From the NCBI GenBank assembly GCA_002869165.1, contig PKTK01000012.1:7275-71274 (forward strand): a stretch of DNA of 64,000 nucleotides, written 5' to 3'. Source of the stretch: Candidatus Parcubacteria bacterium (GTDB lineage Bacteria; Patescibacteriota; Patescibacteriia; Patescibacteriales; UBA12075). Position 1 is the stretch's first letter. Each line of letters opens with the position of its first letter. The notes under the pieces are model-generated. The model worked only from the letters and a program-made list of their open reading frames with translations. It had not been told where the DNA came from and searched no databases. This document shows positions 52,637 to 62,852 of this stretch, piece by piece. Made by a program: the position numbers and the translations under genes.

Positions 52637-53923
52637 CTATTTAGCAACATTCCATTCAAGCAACTTATCTATTGTTTTTCTAGAAGTCTGTACATTTACA
52701 AAATAATTTCGATATTCAGGAGTACCCAACCTCTTAATCACATCTGCATTTTCCTTATAGTGCATTTTCATATGCTCAATATGTTCATCGATTTCCTTGT
52801 CTTCCACTTTAATATTTTCTTTTTCTGCAATTTCCCTGATTAATAAAGAAACTTTTACTCTATTAGTAGCATCAGGCAACATATCAATCTGCAATTGCTC
52901 TCTGGATTTACCAATACTTTTCAGGTAATCATCAAACTTAGCACCTTGTTGCGCGAGACCATTTTCCAACTCAGATAACATAGTTTGACCCTCCTGTTCA
53001 ATCAACATTGGAGGGATATCACCAAATTTTGTATTTTTAACAATTTTATCAAGCAACTCCTTCTCTGTCTCTCTTCCTTGTTCTTGCTCTTTTTGTCCTT
53101 TAATACTTTTTTCGATATTTTCTTTCAGTTCTTTGAGACTTTTAAGTCCAAAAGCGATAGCAAATTCATCGTTTAGCTCAGGAAGCTTTCTGTCATAAAC
53201 TTCTTTAATATCAACTTTAAAATCAACCATTTTACCAGCAATATTTTTCATATAATTATCTTCTGGATATGGCAAGCTAAATTCCTTATGATCACCCTTT
53301 TTAGCACCATTAAGCTGTTTATCAAAACCTGGCACTAAAAAATCCTTGCCCATCAATACAGCTGTGCCTTGAGCCTGTCCTCCTTCAATTGGAACATTAT
53401 CGTGAAACATCTGAATATCTACAAGCACTTTATCACCTTCTTTTACTTCTCTATCAGCTAGGGTTTCAACCACTCTTGATTCTTTTAGTTCATCAAGGGT
53501 TTTAGTTATTTCATCTTCTTCAACTTTAATTTCTTTTGGTTTAATTTTTAAATCTTTGTAACTTTCAATGGCAACTTCTGGAATAATAGCTACAGATATT
53601 TTATATTCTACAGGGTTATTTGGAGCTAACTTTACAATATCAACTTTTGGTTGACCTATTAGTTTGCCGTCTCCAAGTTCAGCGAGAGCTTTTTCAATTG
53701 TTTTATTAATAGCTATTCGTGCAGCTTCCTCTAATATTGCCATTTCACCAATTTTCCCTTTCAAAACATCATAAGGAATTTTTCCTGATCTGAAGCCGTC
53801 AATTTTTACTTCCTTAGAGATCTTGGATACACCCTGATCGATGTATGGCTTGAACTCATCAACTGAAAGTTCAACTGTAAGTTCTATTTGAGATTTTACA
53901 ATCTCTCCTTTTTTTACATTCAT
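52637..53923 (-). CDS. tig: trigger factor
   Basis: N-terminal ribosome-binding GFRSGKIP motif, central FKBP-like domain, 428 aa. Confidence 0.9.
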   Translation of the reverse strand: MNVKKGEIVKSQIELTVELSVDEFKPYIDQGVSKISKEVKIDGFRSGKIPYDVLKGKIGEMAILEEAARIAINKTIEKALAELGDGKLIGQPKVDIVKLAPNNPVEYKISVAIIPEVAIESYKDLKIKPKEIKVEEDEITKTLDELKESRVVETLADREVKEGDKVLVDIQMFHDNVPIEGGQAQGTAVLMGKDFLVPGFDKQLNGAKKGDHKEFSLPYPEDNYMKNIAGKMVDFKVDIKEVYDRKLPELNDEFAIAFGLKSLKELKENIEKSIKGQKEQEQGRETEKELLDKIVKNTKFGDIPPMLIEQEGQTMLSELENGLAQQGAKFDDYLKSIGKSREQLQIDMLPDATNRVKVSLLIREIAEKENIKVEDKEIDEHIEHMKMHYKENADVIKRLGTPEYRNYFVNVQTSRKTIDKLLEWNVAK

Positions 53924-54000
53924 AATATATTTTATTAATTTATTATTTAAGTTCTTGATTTTTTAAATTTTGGCAGGACTTTTTAGGGTCCTGCCTTTTT

Positions 54001-54216
54001 TTATACGCAACCGCAAGTTTGCCCACCTCCTGGAATGTAGTTTTTACGTAAATACACCGGTGTTGTAACTAGAATGCCTGTATCCTTTCCACAAACCACA
54101 CATCTTTCAGTCTCTTTACTTATATCACCAGTAAATATTTTTCCGCAATCAACACAATCAATTCTTCCGCCTTCAGTAATATTAAATCTTTCACAAGCAC
54201 ATTCTTCACATTTCAT
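54001..54216 (-). CDS. small zinc-ribbon protein
   Basis: CEECAC..., CVDCG and CVVCG motifs. 71 aa. Confidence 0.55.
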   Translation of the reverse strand: MKCEECACERFNITEGGRIDCVDCGKIFTGDISKETERCVVCGKDTGILVTTPVYLRKNYIPGGGQTCGCV

Positions 54217-54226
54217 TTTTTCTCTC

Positions 54227-55156
54227 CTATTTGTCGAATTCTTCTGAAAATTTTGGAGCTACCTGTTTTTTTCGTGACATTATTCCATCAATATACAGTC
54301 TTTTATTCTCCAAACTAGAGCCTAAGGCCTTCTCTACTCTAGCTTCATCAGTACTAGTTACTAAAAATCTTGAGCCTCCTTTGATTATATCCGTTAAAAA
54401 CAGTACTACACTATGATATGCTTCTTGCTCTATCATTTCTTCCATTTTTTCAAGTAGTGCACCTTCTCTTGGTTCAAAAACACTTAAATCAGCTGTTTCT
54501 ACTTGTCCGATGCCAAACTTACCATCTTTAAAATTAAAATCTTTAAAATCGCTTTTAATTATTTCTTCATCGCTTAAATCGGAAATATCACTGCGAACTT
54601 TAAATATTTCCATGCCAAAGTCCTCGAATGAAGAAACTTCTGCTACTCCTGACAAATGTTTAATAAGTTCTATGTCAATATCAGTACAAGTTGGTGATTT
54701 GGTAATAACAGTATCAACTAACATAGCAGCAAGCATACAAGTAGCCATACTCTTCTCAATTTCTACTAAATTCTGCATATAAAGAGATGTAATAATAGAA
54801 CAACTTGCCCCCCATGGCTTAATAATAACTTCAATTGGATTGCTATATTTAAAATCAAGCTTATGATGATCAAGGATCTCAACAATTTCAGCATCTTCAA
54901 TTCCTTCTTGGGCTTGGGCAAATTCATTATGATCTACCAAGATTACTTTTTTCCCTGCTAATGAGTCAAGTTTTTCTGGTAATGCTACATTATATTTTTC
55001 CAAAATATATTTAGTTTCTTTGTTGGCTTCACCCGCTATTACAGGTTTGTAGATATCGGTATTCTCAATCTTATTCTTTAGATTAGCGTATGAAATTGCT
55101 GCCACCACTGAATCTAAGTCTGGTGACTTATGACCGATTACATAAATATTAGACAT
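54227..55156 (-). CDS. ppaC: manganese-dependent inorganic pyrophosphatase (family II, DHH)
   Basis: VIGHKSPDLDSV, VDHNE, LDHHKL and the DHHA2 region. Confidence 0.9.
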   Translation of the reverse strand: MSNIYVIGHKSPDLDSVVAAISYANLKNKIENTDIYKPVIAGEANKETKYILEKYNVALPEKLDSLAGKKVILVDHNEFAQAQEGIEDAEIVEILDHHKLDFKYSNPIEVIIKPWGASCSIITSLYMQNLVEIEKSMATCMLAAMLVDTVITKSPTCTDIDIELIKHLSGVAEVSSFEDFGMEIFKVRSDISDLSDEEIIKSDFKDFNFKDGKFGIGQVETADLSVFEPREGALLEKMEEMIEQEAYHSVVLFLTDIIKGGSRFLVTSTDEARVEKALGSSLENKRLYIDGIMSRKKQVAPKFSEEFDK

Positions 55157-55167
55157 ATTGTTTTGCT

Positions 55168-55262
55168 TGTCATTTCAAACGAAGTGAGAGATCTGTGTTT
55201 ATAATCAAAAATAATTTTGTATTATCAATTTATCTCTTCATTTCGCTACGTTTAAAATAACA
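55168..55262. repeat. TGTCATTTC...AAATAACA palindromic-family element (degenerate)
   Basis: TGTCATTTCAAACGAAGTGAGAGAT...ATCTCTTCATTTCGCTACGTTTAAAATAACA. Confidence 0.45.
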
Positions 55263-55282
55263 AAAATAATAATTTCTAAAAA

Positions 55283-56530
55283 CTATTTTTCTTCGGTTGG
55301 TGCTTCTGTTTCAATTTCTGCTTTTTCTTCAAGCTCCTTTTCTTCAAGTGTATCATCATTATCTTCTTCTCCTTCAAGTTGAAGGACATCAATATTCCAA
55401 CCAGTTAATTTGGCAGCTAGTCTTGCATTTTGACCTGATTTTCCAATTGCAAGCGACAACTGATCAGAACTAACAAAAACCTTAGCTTTTTTACTTTCCT
55501 CATCAGTCTCTACTTTAATAATCTTAGCTGGAGATAAAGCATTGGAAATATATGCCACAGGATCATCATCGTATTCAATAATATCAACCTTTTCACCACC
55601 AAGCTCGGTTATAATTGTTTGGATACGAGCACCACGTTGACCCACACAAGATCCGATTGGGTCAACATTTTCTGAGTCAGTAAAAACTGCTACTTTTGAT
55701 CTAGCGCCTGCTTCCCGGGCTACTCCTTTTAGATCAATTAAACCGTTTGAAATCTCTGGAATTTCTAAATAGAATATTTTCTTCAAGATCTCTTCTGACG
55801 TTCTTGAGAGTAAAATTTCTGGTCCTCGAGGTTTAAGAGACACTTGTTTTACATAAACTTTAATTCTCTCGCCTGGTAAGTATTTCTCGCCTCTGATTTG
55901 TTCATCCATTGGAAGAACTCCAACGGATTTACCCAAGTCTACCAAAATAACTGAACCTTCTCTTCTTTGCACAGAACCGCTAACTACTTCGCCTTCTTTG
56001 TCCTTAAATTCAGAAAATACCATTTCTCTTTCAGCTTCTCTAAGTTTTTGGATAATAACCTGTTTGGCAGTTTGAGCTGCCATTCTACCATAAGCAGGAG
56101 GAGTCTCTAGTTTTATTTTTAATTCGTCGCCAACTTTGACTGTTTTTTTGATCATCTTAGCATCTGATATTTGAATATCAGTTTTGTGATTAAATTTTCT
56201 TTCTTCTTCCTCGCCGTCCTCTTCAACTTTTACTGTTTCAATCTTTTTGTCTTCCTTTTTTTCTTTTTTATTATCTTCTTTTTCTTCCGCTTCTCCCTCT
56301 TCAAGCTCTTGAAGTTCTTCTTCAGGTAAATCGTCTACCACTGTTTTTACATCATAGATTTTAGACTTAGTAATTTCTTCAGCAAACTCTACTTTAATAT
56401 TTTGGTTCTTTTTACCAAAATCTTTTCTATAAGCAGCTGCTAGAGCTGATTCAATAGTTTCAATAACAGCATCATATTCCAGCTGTTTTTCATCACAAAT
56501 TTGCTTAATAGCATTTGTAATTTCTTTCAT
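55283..56530 (-). CDS. nusA: transcription termination/antitermination factor NusA
   Basis: S1 domain and two KH domains (GQRGARIQ, GKSGQNARLA), with an acidic insertion and tail. Confidence 0.9.
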   Translation of the reverse strand: MKEITNAIKQICDEKQLEYDAVIETIESALAAAYRKDFGKKNQNIKVEFAEEITKSKIYDVKTVVDDLPEEELQELEEGEAEEKEDNKKEKKEDKKIETVKVEEDGEEEERKFNHKTDIQISDAKMIKKTVKVGDELKIKLETPPAYGRMAAQTAKQVIIQKLREAEREMVFSEFKDKEGEVVSGSVQRREGSVILVDLGKSVGVLPMDEQIRGEKYLPGERIKVYVKQVSLKPRGPEILLSRTSEEILKKIFYLEIPEISNGLIDLKGVAREAGARSKVAVFTDSENVDPIGSCVGQRGARIQTIITELGGEKVDIIEYDDDPVAYISNALSPAKIIKVETDEESKKAKVFVSSDQLSLAIGKSGQNARLAAKLTGWNIDVLQLEGEEDNDDTLEEKELEEKAEIETEAPTEEK

Positions 56531-56705
56531 ATATTTATTTCTATCCTCCTATTTAATTGGAGTTATTAATAATTAAAAAATTTAAAAAAAATACTAGTTT
56601 ATCGATATTGATAACTAGTCTTAATATGAATTATACTAACATATAAAAATGTAAATGTCAAACTCCCATACCGGTTTATTAATATCTAATAATTATCACA
56701 CACTT

Positions 56706-56776
56706 TGTCATTCCCACGAAGGCGGGAATCCACAACAATGCTACAAACCTGAATTCCCGCCTTCGTGGGAATGACA
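56706..56776. repeat. archetypal TGTCATTCC palindromic element (24-bp perfect arms)
   Basis: TGTCATTCCCACGAAGGCGGGAAT 56706-56729 pairs with ATTCCCGCCTTCGTGGGAATGACA 56753-56776. Confidence 0.85.
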
Positions 56777-56864
56777 AAAAAATAAAACTAAAACGGCAAA
56801 ACAATTAAATAAAAAATGTACATACATATGTACGTACATTTTTTATTTAGATTATTTCAAGATT

Positions 56865-59267
56865 TTATTTTTTCTTTTTCTTTCCCTTAAGACTTTCTTC
56901 TTTCTTGTTAACTGCAATTGTTGTTTTTACAACTGTGTCTGGGATCAAAGAAATGGAATCGATACCACATTCAACTAGGAATGTTGCAAAGTCTGGAAAA
57001 TCAGATGGAGCTTGACCACAGATTCCAACTTTGGTCTTTGTTTCCTTGGCAACTTCAATTAAGTATTTTACCAGCGTCTTTACAGCTTCGTTCTTTTCGT
57101 TAGAAACACCAGCTACTTCCAAAGTTCCACCTGCATCACGATCAATTCCTAGAGTTAATTGAGTCAGATCATTAGATCCGATTGAAAAACCATCGAACTC
57201 TTTGGCAAACTCATGAGCTAAAATAATATTTGCAGGAATCTCTGCCATCACATAAATTTCAAGTCCGTTCTTGCCTCTCTTGAGCCCGTGTTTAGCCATA
57301 ATTCCTTTTACCTTTTTACCTTCTTCAACGGTTCTACAAAAGGGAATCATAATTTTAATATTTGTTAGCCCCATATCATCTCGGACTTTTCGTAAGGCTT
57401 CACATTCGAGTTCAAAAGCAGGTAAAAATAAATCTGAATAATACCTGCTAGCACCACGCCAACCAATCATTGGATTTGATTCAACTGGCTCATATTCTCG
57501 CCCACCTATCAAATTAGCATATTCGTTAGATTTAAAATCAGAAAGTCTAACAATCACATCCTTTGGATAAAAAGCTGCTCCAATTGTAGCAATTCCTTCA
57601 GCCATTTTGTCCACAAAAAACTGTTTTTTGTTATTGTAGTCCTTGGTAATCTCAGCAATTTCTGCTTTTACTTTTTTGTCCTTTAGTTTGGCAAAATTCA
57701 TTAAAGCCAAAGGGTGAACTTTGATAAAATTGTTGATAATAAACTCAAGGCGAGCCAAACCAACTCCATCATTTGGAATAAATGAATCAGCAAATGCAGC
57801 ATCAGGTTCTCCGACATTCATCATAATCTTGGTCTTTGGCCTCTTTAAATCCTTGATATTAGTTTTACCAACTTTGTAAGGTAAAATTCCAGAATATACA
57901 AAGCCGTCTTCCCCTTCAGCACAACTTACTGTTATGTTGGCTCCTGTTTTTATTTTTTGAGAAGCAACCTCTGTTCCTACCACACAAGGAATTCCCATCT
58001 CCCGAGAAATAATAGCAGCGTGACAAGTTCTACCACCTTTATCAGTTACAATAGCTCCCGCAATCTTCATAATTGGCTCCCAGTCAGGATCTGTCATGTC
58101 AGTTACTAATACTTCACCTGCTTTAAATTTATGAATATCTTTAATATCCATTATACGATTCGCTTTACCGGCGCCAATTTTTGAACCAACTGATTGACCT
58201 TCGAGTATTGGTTTGGCAGAGCCTTTTTCTATTTTATATTTCTCTATAACATTCACGTCCTTTTGTGATTGAACTGTTTCAGGTCTAGCTTGCACGATAT
58301 AGAGTTGCTTATCAACACCATCCAATGCCCACTCCATATCCATAGGACGCTTATAGTGCTTCTCAATTATCATTGCCCATTTTGCCAACTTCTTTGCCTG
58401 TGCATCTGTGATAGAATATTTCTTCTGATCTTTTACAGGAACTTTTATATCCTTAACTGGGTTTGCTGGATCATTTGAGTAAACCATTCTCAATCCTTTT
58501 TTACCCAGTTTTTTTGAAATAATAGCTCCAGTCGGTTTAAAGACAAAAAATTCATCTGGATTAACCTTGCCTTGTACGATATTTTCTCCTAGTCCATAAA
58601 TTGAATTGATTAAAACCGCGTTTTCAAAACCACTTTCAGTATCAATTGAAAACATAACACCTGAAGCTGCCTTATCTGAACGAGCCATTTTTTGAACTCC
58701 AGCTGACAAAGCAATTTTAAAATGATCAAAACCCTTATCAACACGATATGAAATTGCCCTATTAGTAAACAATGAAGCAATACATTTCTTCACGGCTTCA
58801 AGTACATATTTTTCTCCCTTCACATTCAAGAAGGTTTCTTGCTGACCTGCAAATGAAGCATCGGGCAAATCCTCAGCTGTAGCTGAAGAACGAATCGCTA
58901 CATCGACATTAGCTTTCTTGTAAGTCTTGGAAAGTTTTTTGTAAGCTTTAGCTACTTCGTCTTCAAGTTCTTTAGGTACTTTAGCTTTTAAAATTGTTTT
59001 TCTAACTTCAGCCCCTCTTTTCATAAGATCACGAACATCACCTGTATCGAGTCCCTTTAAGATTCTCTTGATCTCTTTTTTAAGTCCGGCCTTTTCCATG
59101 AAATAATCATAGGCATAAGCTGTGGTTGCAAAACCATTTGGTACCTTAACACCTTCTTTTGTTAGGTTTCGATACATTTCACCAAGACTGGCGTTTTTAC
59201 CACCAACACTTGGCACATCCTTGATGCCTAACTCATCAAAAAATTTAACGAATTGTTTTTTTGCCAT
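56865..59267 (-). CDS. ppsA: phosphoenolpyruvate synthase (pyruvate, water dikinase)
   Basis: 800 aa. GGKNASLGEM, swivel phospho-His GGRTCHAAIISRE, C-terminal PEP-utilising GSNDLTQ. Confidence 0.9.
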   Translation of the reverse strand: MAKKQFVKFFDELGIKDVPSVGGKNASLGEMYRNLTKEGVKVPNGFATTAYAYDYFMEKAGLKKEIKRILKGLDTGDVRDLMKRGAEVRKTILKAKVPKELEDEVAKAYKKLSKTYKKANVDVAIRSSATAEDLPDASFAGQQETFLNVKGEKYVLEAVKKCIASLFTNRAISYRVDKGFDHFKIALSAGVQKMARSDKAASGVMFSIDTESGFENAVLINSIYGLGENIVQGKVNPDEFFVFKPTGAIISKKLGKKGLRMVYSNDPANPVKDIKVPVKDQKKYSITDAQAKKLAKWAMIIEKHYKRPMDMEWALDGVDKQLYIVQARPETVQSQKDVNVIEKYKIEKGSAKPILEGQSVGSKIGAGKANRIMDIKDIHKFKAGEVLVTDMTDPDWEPIMKIAGAIVTDKGGRTCHAAIISREMGIPCVVGTEVASQKIKTGANITVSCAEGEDGFVYSGILPYKVGKTNIKDLKRPKTKIMMNVGEPDAAFADSFIPNDGVGLARLEFIINNFIKVHPLALMNFAKLKDKKVKAEIAEITKDYNNKKQFFVDKMAEGIATIGAAFYPKDVIVRLSDFKSNEYANLIGGREYEPVESNPMIGWRGASRYYSDLFLPAFELECEALRKVRDDMGLTNIKIMIPFCRTVEEGKKVKGIMAKHGLKRGKNGLEIYVMAEIPANIILAHEFAKEFDGFSIGSNDLTQLTLGIDRDAGGTLEVAGVSNEKNEAVKTLVKYLIEVAKETKTKVGICGQAPSDFPDFATFLVECGIDSISLIPDTVVKTTIAVNKKEESLKGKKKKK

Positions 59268-59333
59268 ATAAAAATTTTTACAATCAGTAAAGTCGTTCCT
59301 TTACTCCTTGTTGTTATTAAATTATTAGAGTAT

Positions 59334-59699
59334 TTAAAATTTTAGATATTTACTTGCATAAGAACCAATATAAGGAAGCTCTTTCTTGTCTCCGTTATTA
59401 GCATTGATAATGCCCATAACTGCAAGAACTAAATATGCAGCATACAAAAGCGGATACAAAAGCATGCCAATCAAAGTCAAAGCAACCAGGATACTTACCG
59501 CAATATCTGCAATTATCAAACCAAGGGCTTGTTTAACATGAAATTTGGCAAACTCGCTTTTTTTCATTTTCTCATCTAGAAAAAACCAAATAACGCCAAT
59601 TAGCAAATATGCCAAAATAGCGCAGACTTTTTCATTCTCCACTTTTTTGTTTTCTTCTTTTTTTTCTTCCTCTTTTTTTACTTGTTTTTCTTCTTGCAT
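59334..59699 (-). CDS. DUF4870-like small membrane protein
   Basis: CAILAYLLIG..FAKFHVKQAL pattern with three TM helices. Confidence 0.55.
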   Translation of the reverse strand: MQEEKQVKKEEEKKEENKKVENEKVCAILAYLLIGVIWFFLDEKMKKSEFAKFHVKQALGLIIADIAVSILVALTLIGMLLYPLLYAAYLVLAVMGIINANNGDKKELPYIGSYASKYLKF

Positions 59700-59872
59700 A
59701 AAGTTTCAGATAAACATACAATCAAGACAAGCCTGGTTATATGTTTAGATAGATTTTAATCTTTTTTATTATAACATATTTTTTGATATAATTGTAATGA
59801 ATTACAATTATAAGCGCATATACCAAATCAACAAACACAAATTCAAATCTCATAAATAAATCAAACCCAAAA

Positions 59873-61531
59873 ATGAATTTTTTCACAAACAAACTAAAAA
59901 AAATTCTTCCTTGGTTTAGTTTTTACTTAGCTGTCTTTTTTTTGGCTTTAAATATTTCATATTCTTATCTTGATTATGATCTTGGTTGGCACTTACAGGT
60001 TGGAAAAACTATCTTAGAAAACAAATCAGTTCCCCATATAAATACTGATTTAAATATTATAGGACCAATCGAGTGGGTTGATCACGAGTGGCTTCTAAAT
60101 CTAGGTAATTATTATATTTTCAATAATTTTGGCTATTTAGCGCTAAATATTATCTATGCTCTTCTTCTTTGCTTGTTTGTATATCTGGTTCAAGTACTTT
60201 TTTACAGATTTTACCTAGAACCGAAACTAAGCAACAAAAAAAGCAAAGATATCTCTCTTTATAATAGAGCATTTTTTATATTTAGTTCCCTTTCTTTTTT
60301 TGCTGTGATAGCCATGTCTCCTTTCATCGGGATTCGCTTCCAAATATTTGGTAATATTCTATTTGTTCTGCTCTTATTAATACTTGCTCAAGCTAGCCAC
60401 AAAACTTATTTATATCTTTGGTGGCTGTCTCCCTTATTTATTGCTTGGGTAAATCTTCATGGAAGTTTTTTGATAGGTATAGCTGTGATGTGGATCTTGT
60501 TGTTTTATGTTTTGGTCTCAAAATTTTTCCGCAACAGCTTTTTTGCTAAATACTTTTATTTTGAATTACTTCAAAACAAAATTAGAATATTTGTCTTTGT
60601 TTTAGTCGCTTCTTTTTCAACTCTGATAAACCCATACTGGATTAAACTTTTTTCTTTTTTAAAAGATTATTCCAACACTCTCTATATGAAAAAGATAGTT
60701 GAATGGCGAAGTTTTTATGAATTACCAATTTTATATAATGAATTTTTATATACTGCTATTTTTGCTTATGCTCTAAGTATCATTGGGCTAAATATTTTTC
60801 TAAAAAATAAAAATAGTGGGTTTCTGATATATATAAAAAAAATAAATGCTTGGTATTTTTTTCTTGGAATATTCTTTTTCTTAATGTCGCTCAAATCAAA
60901 AAGACATTTCCCTTTGTTTTTCGTTACTAGTTTGCCCTTATTGCTTCAATTTATTTATTTTGAATTTTCAGATATTACCAAAACTCGCGCTTTTGAAATT
61001 ACAAACAAATATTTAAAAATATTATCTACAATAATCTTTTTTATTTTATCAATATATTATTTTATTAACATTAATTTTTTTACTGATCCTTTTGATAATA
61101 AATATTGCGCCTTCCAGCCCTGTAAGGTTTTTTCCTTCGTTCAAGCACTACCTGATTATCAGGAATTAAACATATTGAATGAATATTCCTGGGGAGGATA
61201 TATGCTCTGGAAAGATTCAAATAAAGGCGTTTTTATAGATGGGCGTATGCCTCAACTTAGCATGAAAGGCTCAAGCATTCTTGAGGAATATTTAAGCTTT
61301 TTTGATACCACAACAAACCAAGAAAAATTGGATGAATACGATATAGATTTGATAATCCTAAAAAAAGAAGCTAAACTAAAGCTAAGCAAACTAGAACAAA
61401 GTTTTCTAGACTTAAATCCAGATGACTACAACTATGAGGAAGAAAACATTGTGACATTTCTTAATACTAGCTCTCTGTGGAGCAAGGTTTACGAAGACAG
61501 TATTAGTCTAGTATATCTTAAAAATTTATAA
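59873..61531 (+). CDS. large polytopic membrane protein (possible GT-C-type glycosyltransferase)
   Basis: 552 aa with more than 10 TM helices and a C-terminal soluble domain. Adjacent to a GT2 gene. Confidence 0.6.
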   Translation: MNFFTNKLKKILPWFSFYLAVFFLALNISYSYLDYDLGWHLQVGKTILENKSVPHINTDLNIIGPIEWVDHEWLLNLGNYYIFNNFGYLALNIIYALLLCLFVYLVQVLFYRFYLEPKLSNKKSKDISLYNRAFFIFSSLSFFAVIAMSPFIGIRFQIFGNILFVLLLLILAQASHKTYLYLWWLSPLFIAWVNLHGSFLIGIAVMWILLFYVLVSKFFRNSFFAKYFYFELLQNKIRIFVFVLVASFSTLINPYWIKLFSFLKDYSNTLYMKKIVEWRSFYELPILYNEFLYTAIFAYALSIIGLNIFLKNKNSGFLIYIKKINAWYFFLGIFFFLMSLKSKRHFPLFFVTSLPLLLQFIYFEFSDITKTRAFEITNKYLKILSTIIFFILSIYYFININFFTDPFDNKYCAFQPCKVFSFVQALPDYQELNILNEYSWGGYMLWKDSNKGVFIDGRMPQLSMKGSSILEEYLSFFDTTTNQEKLDEYDIDLIILKKEAKLKLSKLEQSFLDLNPDDYNYEEENIVTFLNTSSLWSKVYEDSISLVYLKNL

Positions 61532-61685
61532 TTATTAATTTAAAATTTGTAAACAATTTATAATATTTTTTTAAATTACAAAATAACTTTTTTATCCGCC
61601 TTCTCTTCTACGATCGAAAGACCTCAGACGTCCCGGGGACGTCGGAGGTCTAAATAGCTCGAATAATGTTATAAATCTATAAATA

Positions 61686-62429
61686 ATGTATCTATCTCTA
61701 ATAATTCCAATTTATAACGAAGAAGAAAATCTGGAAAACAATATTTTTCAAATTTTGTCATACTTAAAAACACGGAAGTTTCCTTTTGAAATAATTTTAG
61801 TTAATGACGGCTCCACTGATGATACACTTAAAATTGCCAAAAGGCTTAGCAAAAAACACCAATCTATCAAACTAATCTCATATAAACAAAACAAAGGCAA
61901 AGGTCATGCCATCCGCCAAGGATTACTGGCTGGAAAGGGTGAATATCTAGGCTTTGTTGATGCTGACAATGCCAGTCCGATTAAAAACATCCAAAGATCT
62001 TTGATTAGCTTGCAAAATGCATATGATGTGGTTATTGGCAGTAGAAATGAAGCGGATGTTTTTGGAGCTAGACAAATCAAACCACAAAATAGAATTAAAA
62101 GAGTCCTAGGTACTGGTGGAAATAAATTAATTAAGATAATTATCAGACAAAACATCAATGACACTCAATGTTGTTTTAAAATGTTTACTAGAAGATTTGT
62201 TGACTCAGTAATCCCTAAAACAAAAATCAATCGCTGGGCGATTGATGTTGAAATACTACTACTTGCCAAAAGGCATAATTACAAAATAGACATTATTCCA
62301 ATTGAATGGACTTGTGGACCAGTAAGTCGGGTTGGAGTGCTTGGGTATTTTATAACCCTAAAAGAATTATTAGAAATATTGCTAAGAGATACACGAGGAA
62401 TATACAAGAATACAAGAAATAAATTATAA
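61686..62429 (+). CDS. GT2-family polyprenol-phosphate glycosyltransferase
   Basis: LSLIIPIYNEEENL, ILVNDGSTD, FVDADN and the QCCFK region. Confidence 0.8.
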   Translation: MYLSLIIPIYNEEENLENNIFQILSYLKTRKFPFEIILVNDGSTDDTLKIAKRLSKKHQSIKLISYKQNKGKGHAIRQGLLAGKGEYLGFVDADNASPIKNIQRSLISLQNAYDVVIGSRNEADVFGARQIKPQNRIKRVLGTGGNKLIKIIIRQNINDTQCCFKMFTRRFVDSVIPKTKINRWAIDVEILLLAKRHNYKIDIIPIEWTCGPVSRVGVLGYFITLKELLEILLRDTRGIYKNTRNKL

Positions 62430-62482
62430 TTATTATTTTTCAAATAACAAAAATAAAGTTCTTTATCAAAAAGTAGGAGAAT

Positions 62483-62680
62483 ATGGCTATTGGTTGTTTT
62501 AGGTTAAATGCACCTCGCAAAAGCAAAGGAATTAAAATTTCTGAGAATATTCAAACTGTTTGCAGTGCATGTAAATGTGATAATTGCAAAGATGCAAATT
62601 GTGAAAAAAGAATAAGGCCAGACGGAACAAAAGTACCCGTCTCTGTAACCAATCGTCGCATTTCTGTAAAAGAAGACTAA
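62483..62680 (+). CDS. small Cys-rich protein
   Basis: AGGAGAA RBS. Contains CSACKCDNCKDANC. Confidence 0.5.
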   Translation: MAIGCFRLNAPRKSKGIKISENIQTVCSACKCDNCKDANCEKRIRPDGTKVPVSVTNRRISVKED

Positions 62681-62802
62681 AAGTCAAAAAACCAAACTTA
62701 TTTATGTTTGGTTTTTTTATTATTCCCATTTGTAGTAATGCGCTTTAGTAAATTACATCGGATAGGTAAATCTACGCATTAAAGTATAGTTGCGTGTAGA
62801 TT

Positions 62803-62852
62803 CTCTTCCCTTCTGCCCTTGCCTTCGGCGAGCTTCAACCGGGAATGACAAA
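62803..62852. repeat. half TGTCATTCC-family element overlapping the truB 3' end
   Basis: ...CGGCGAGCTTCAACCGGGAATGACAAA. The last five truB codons (FVIPG) and the stop are encoded by it. Confidence 0.55.
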
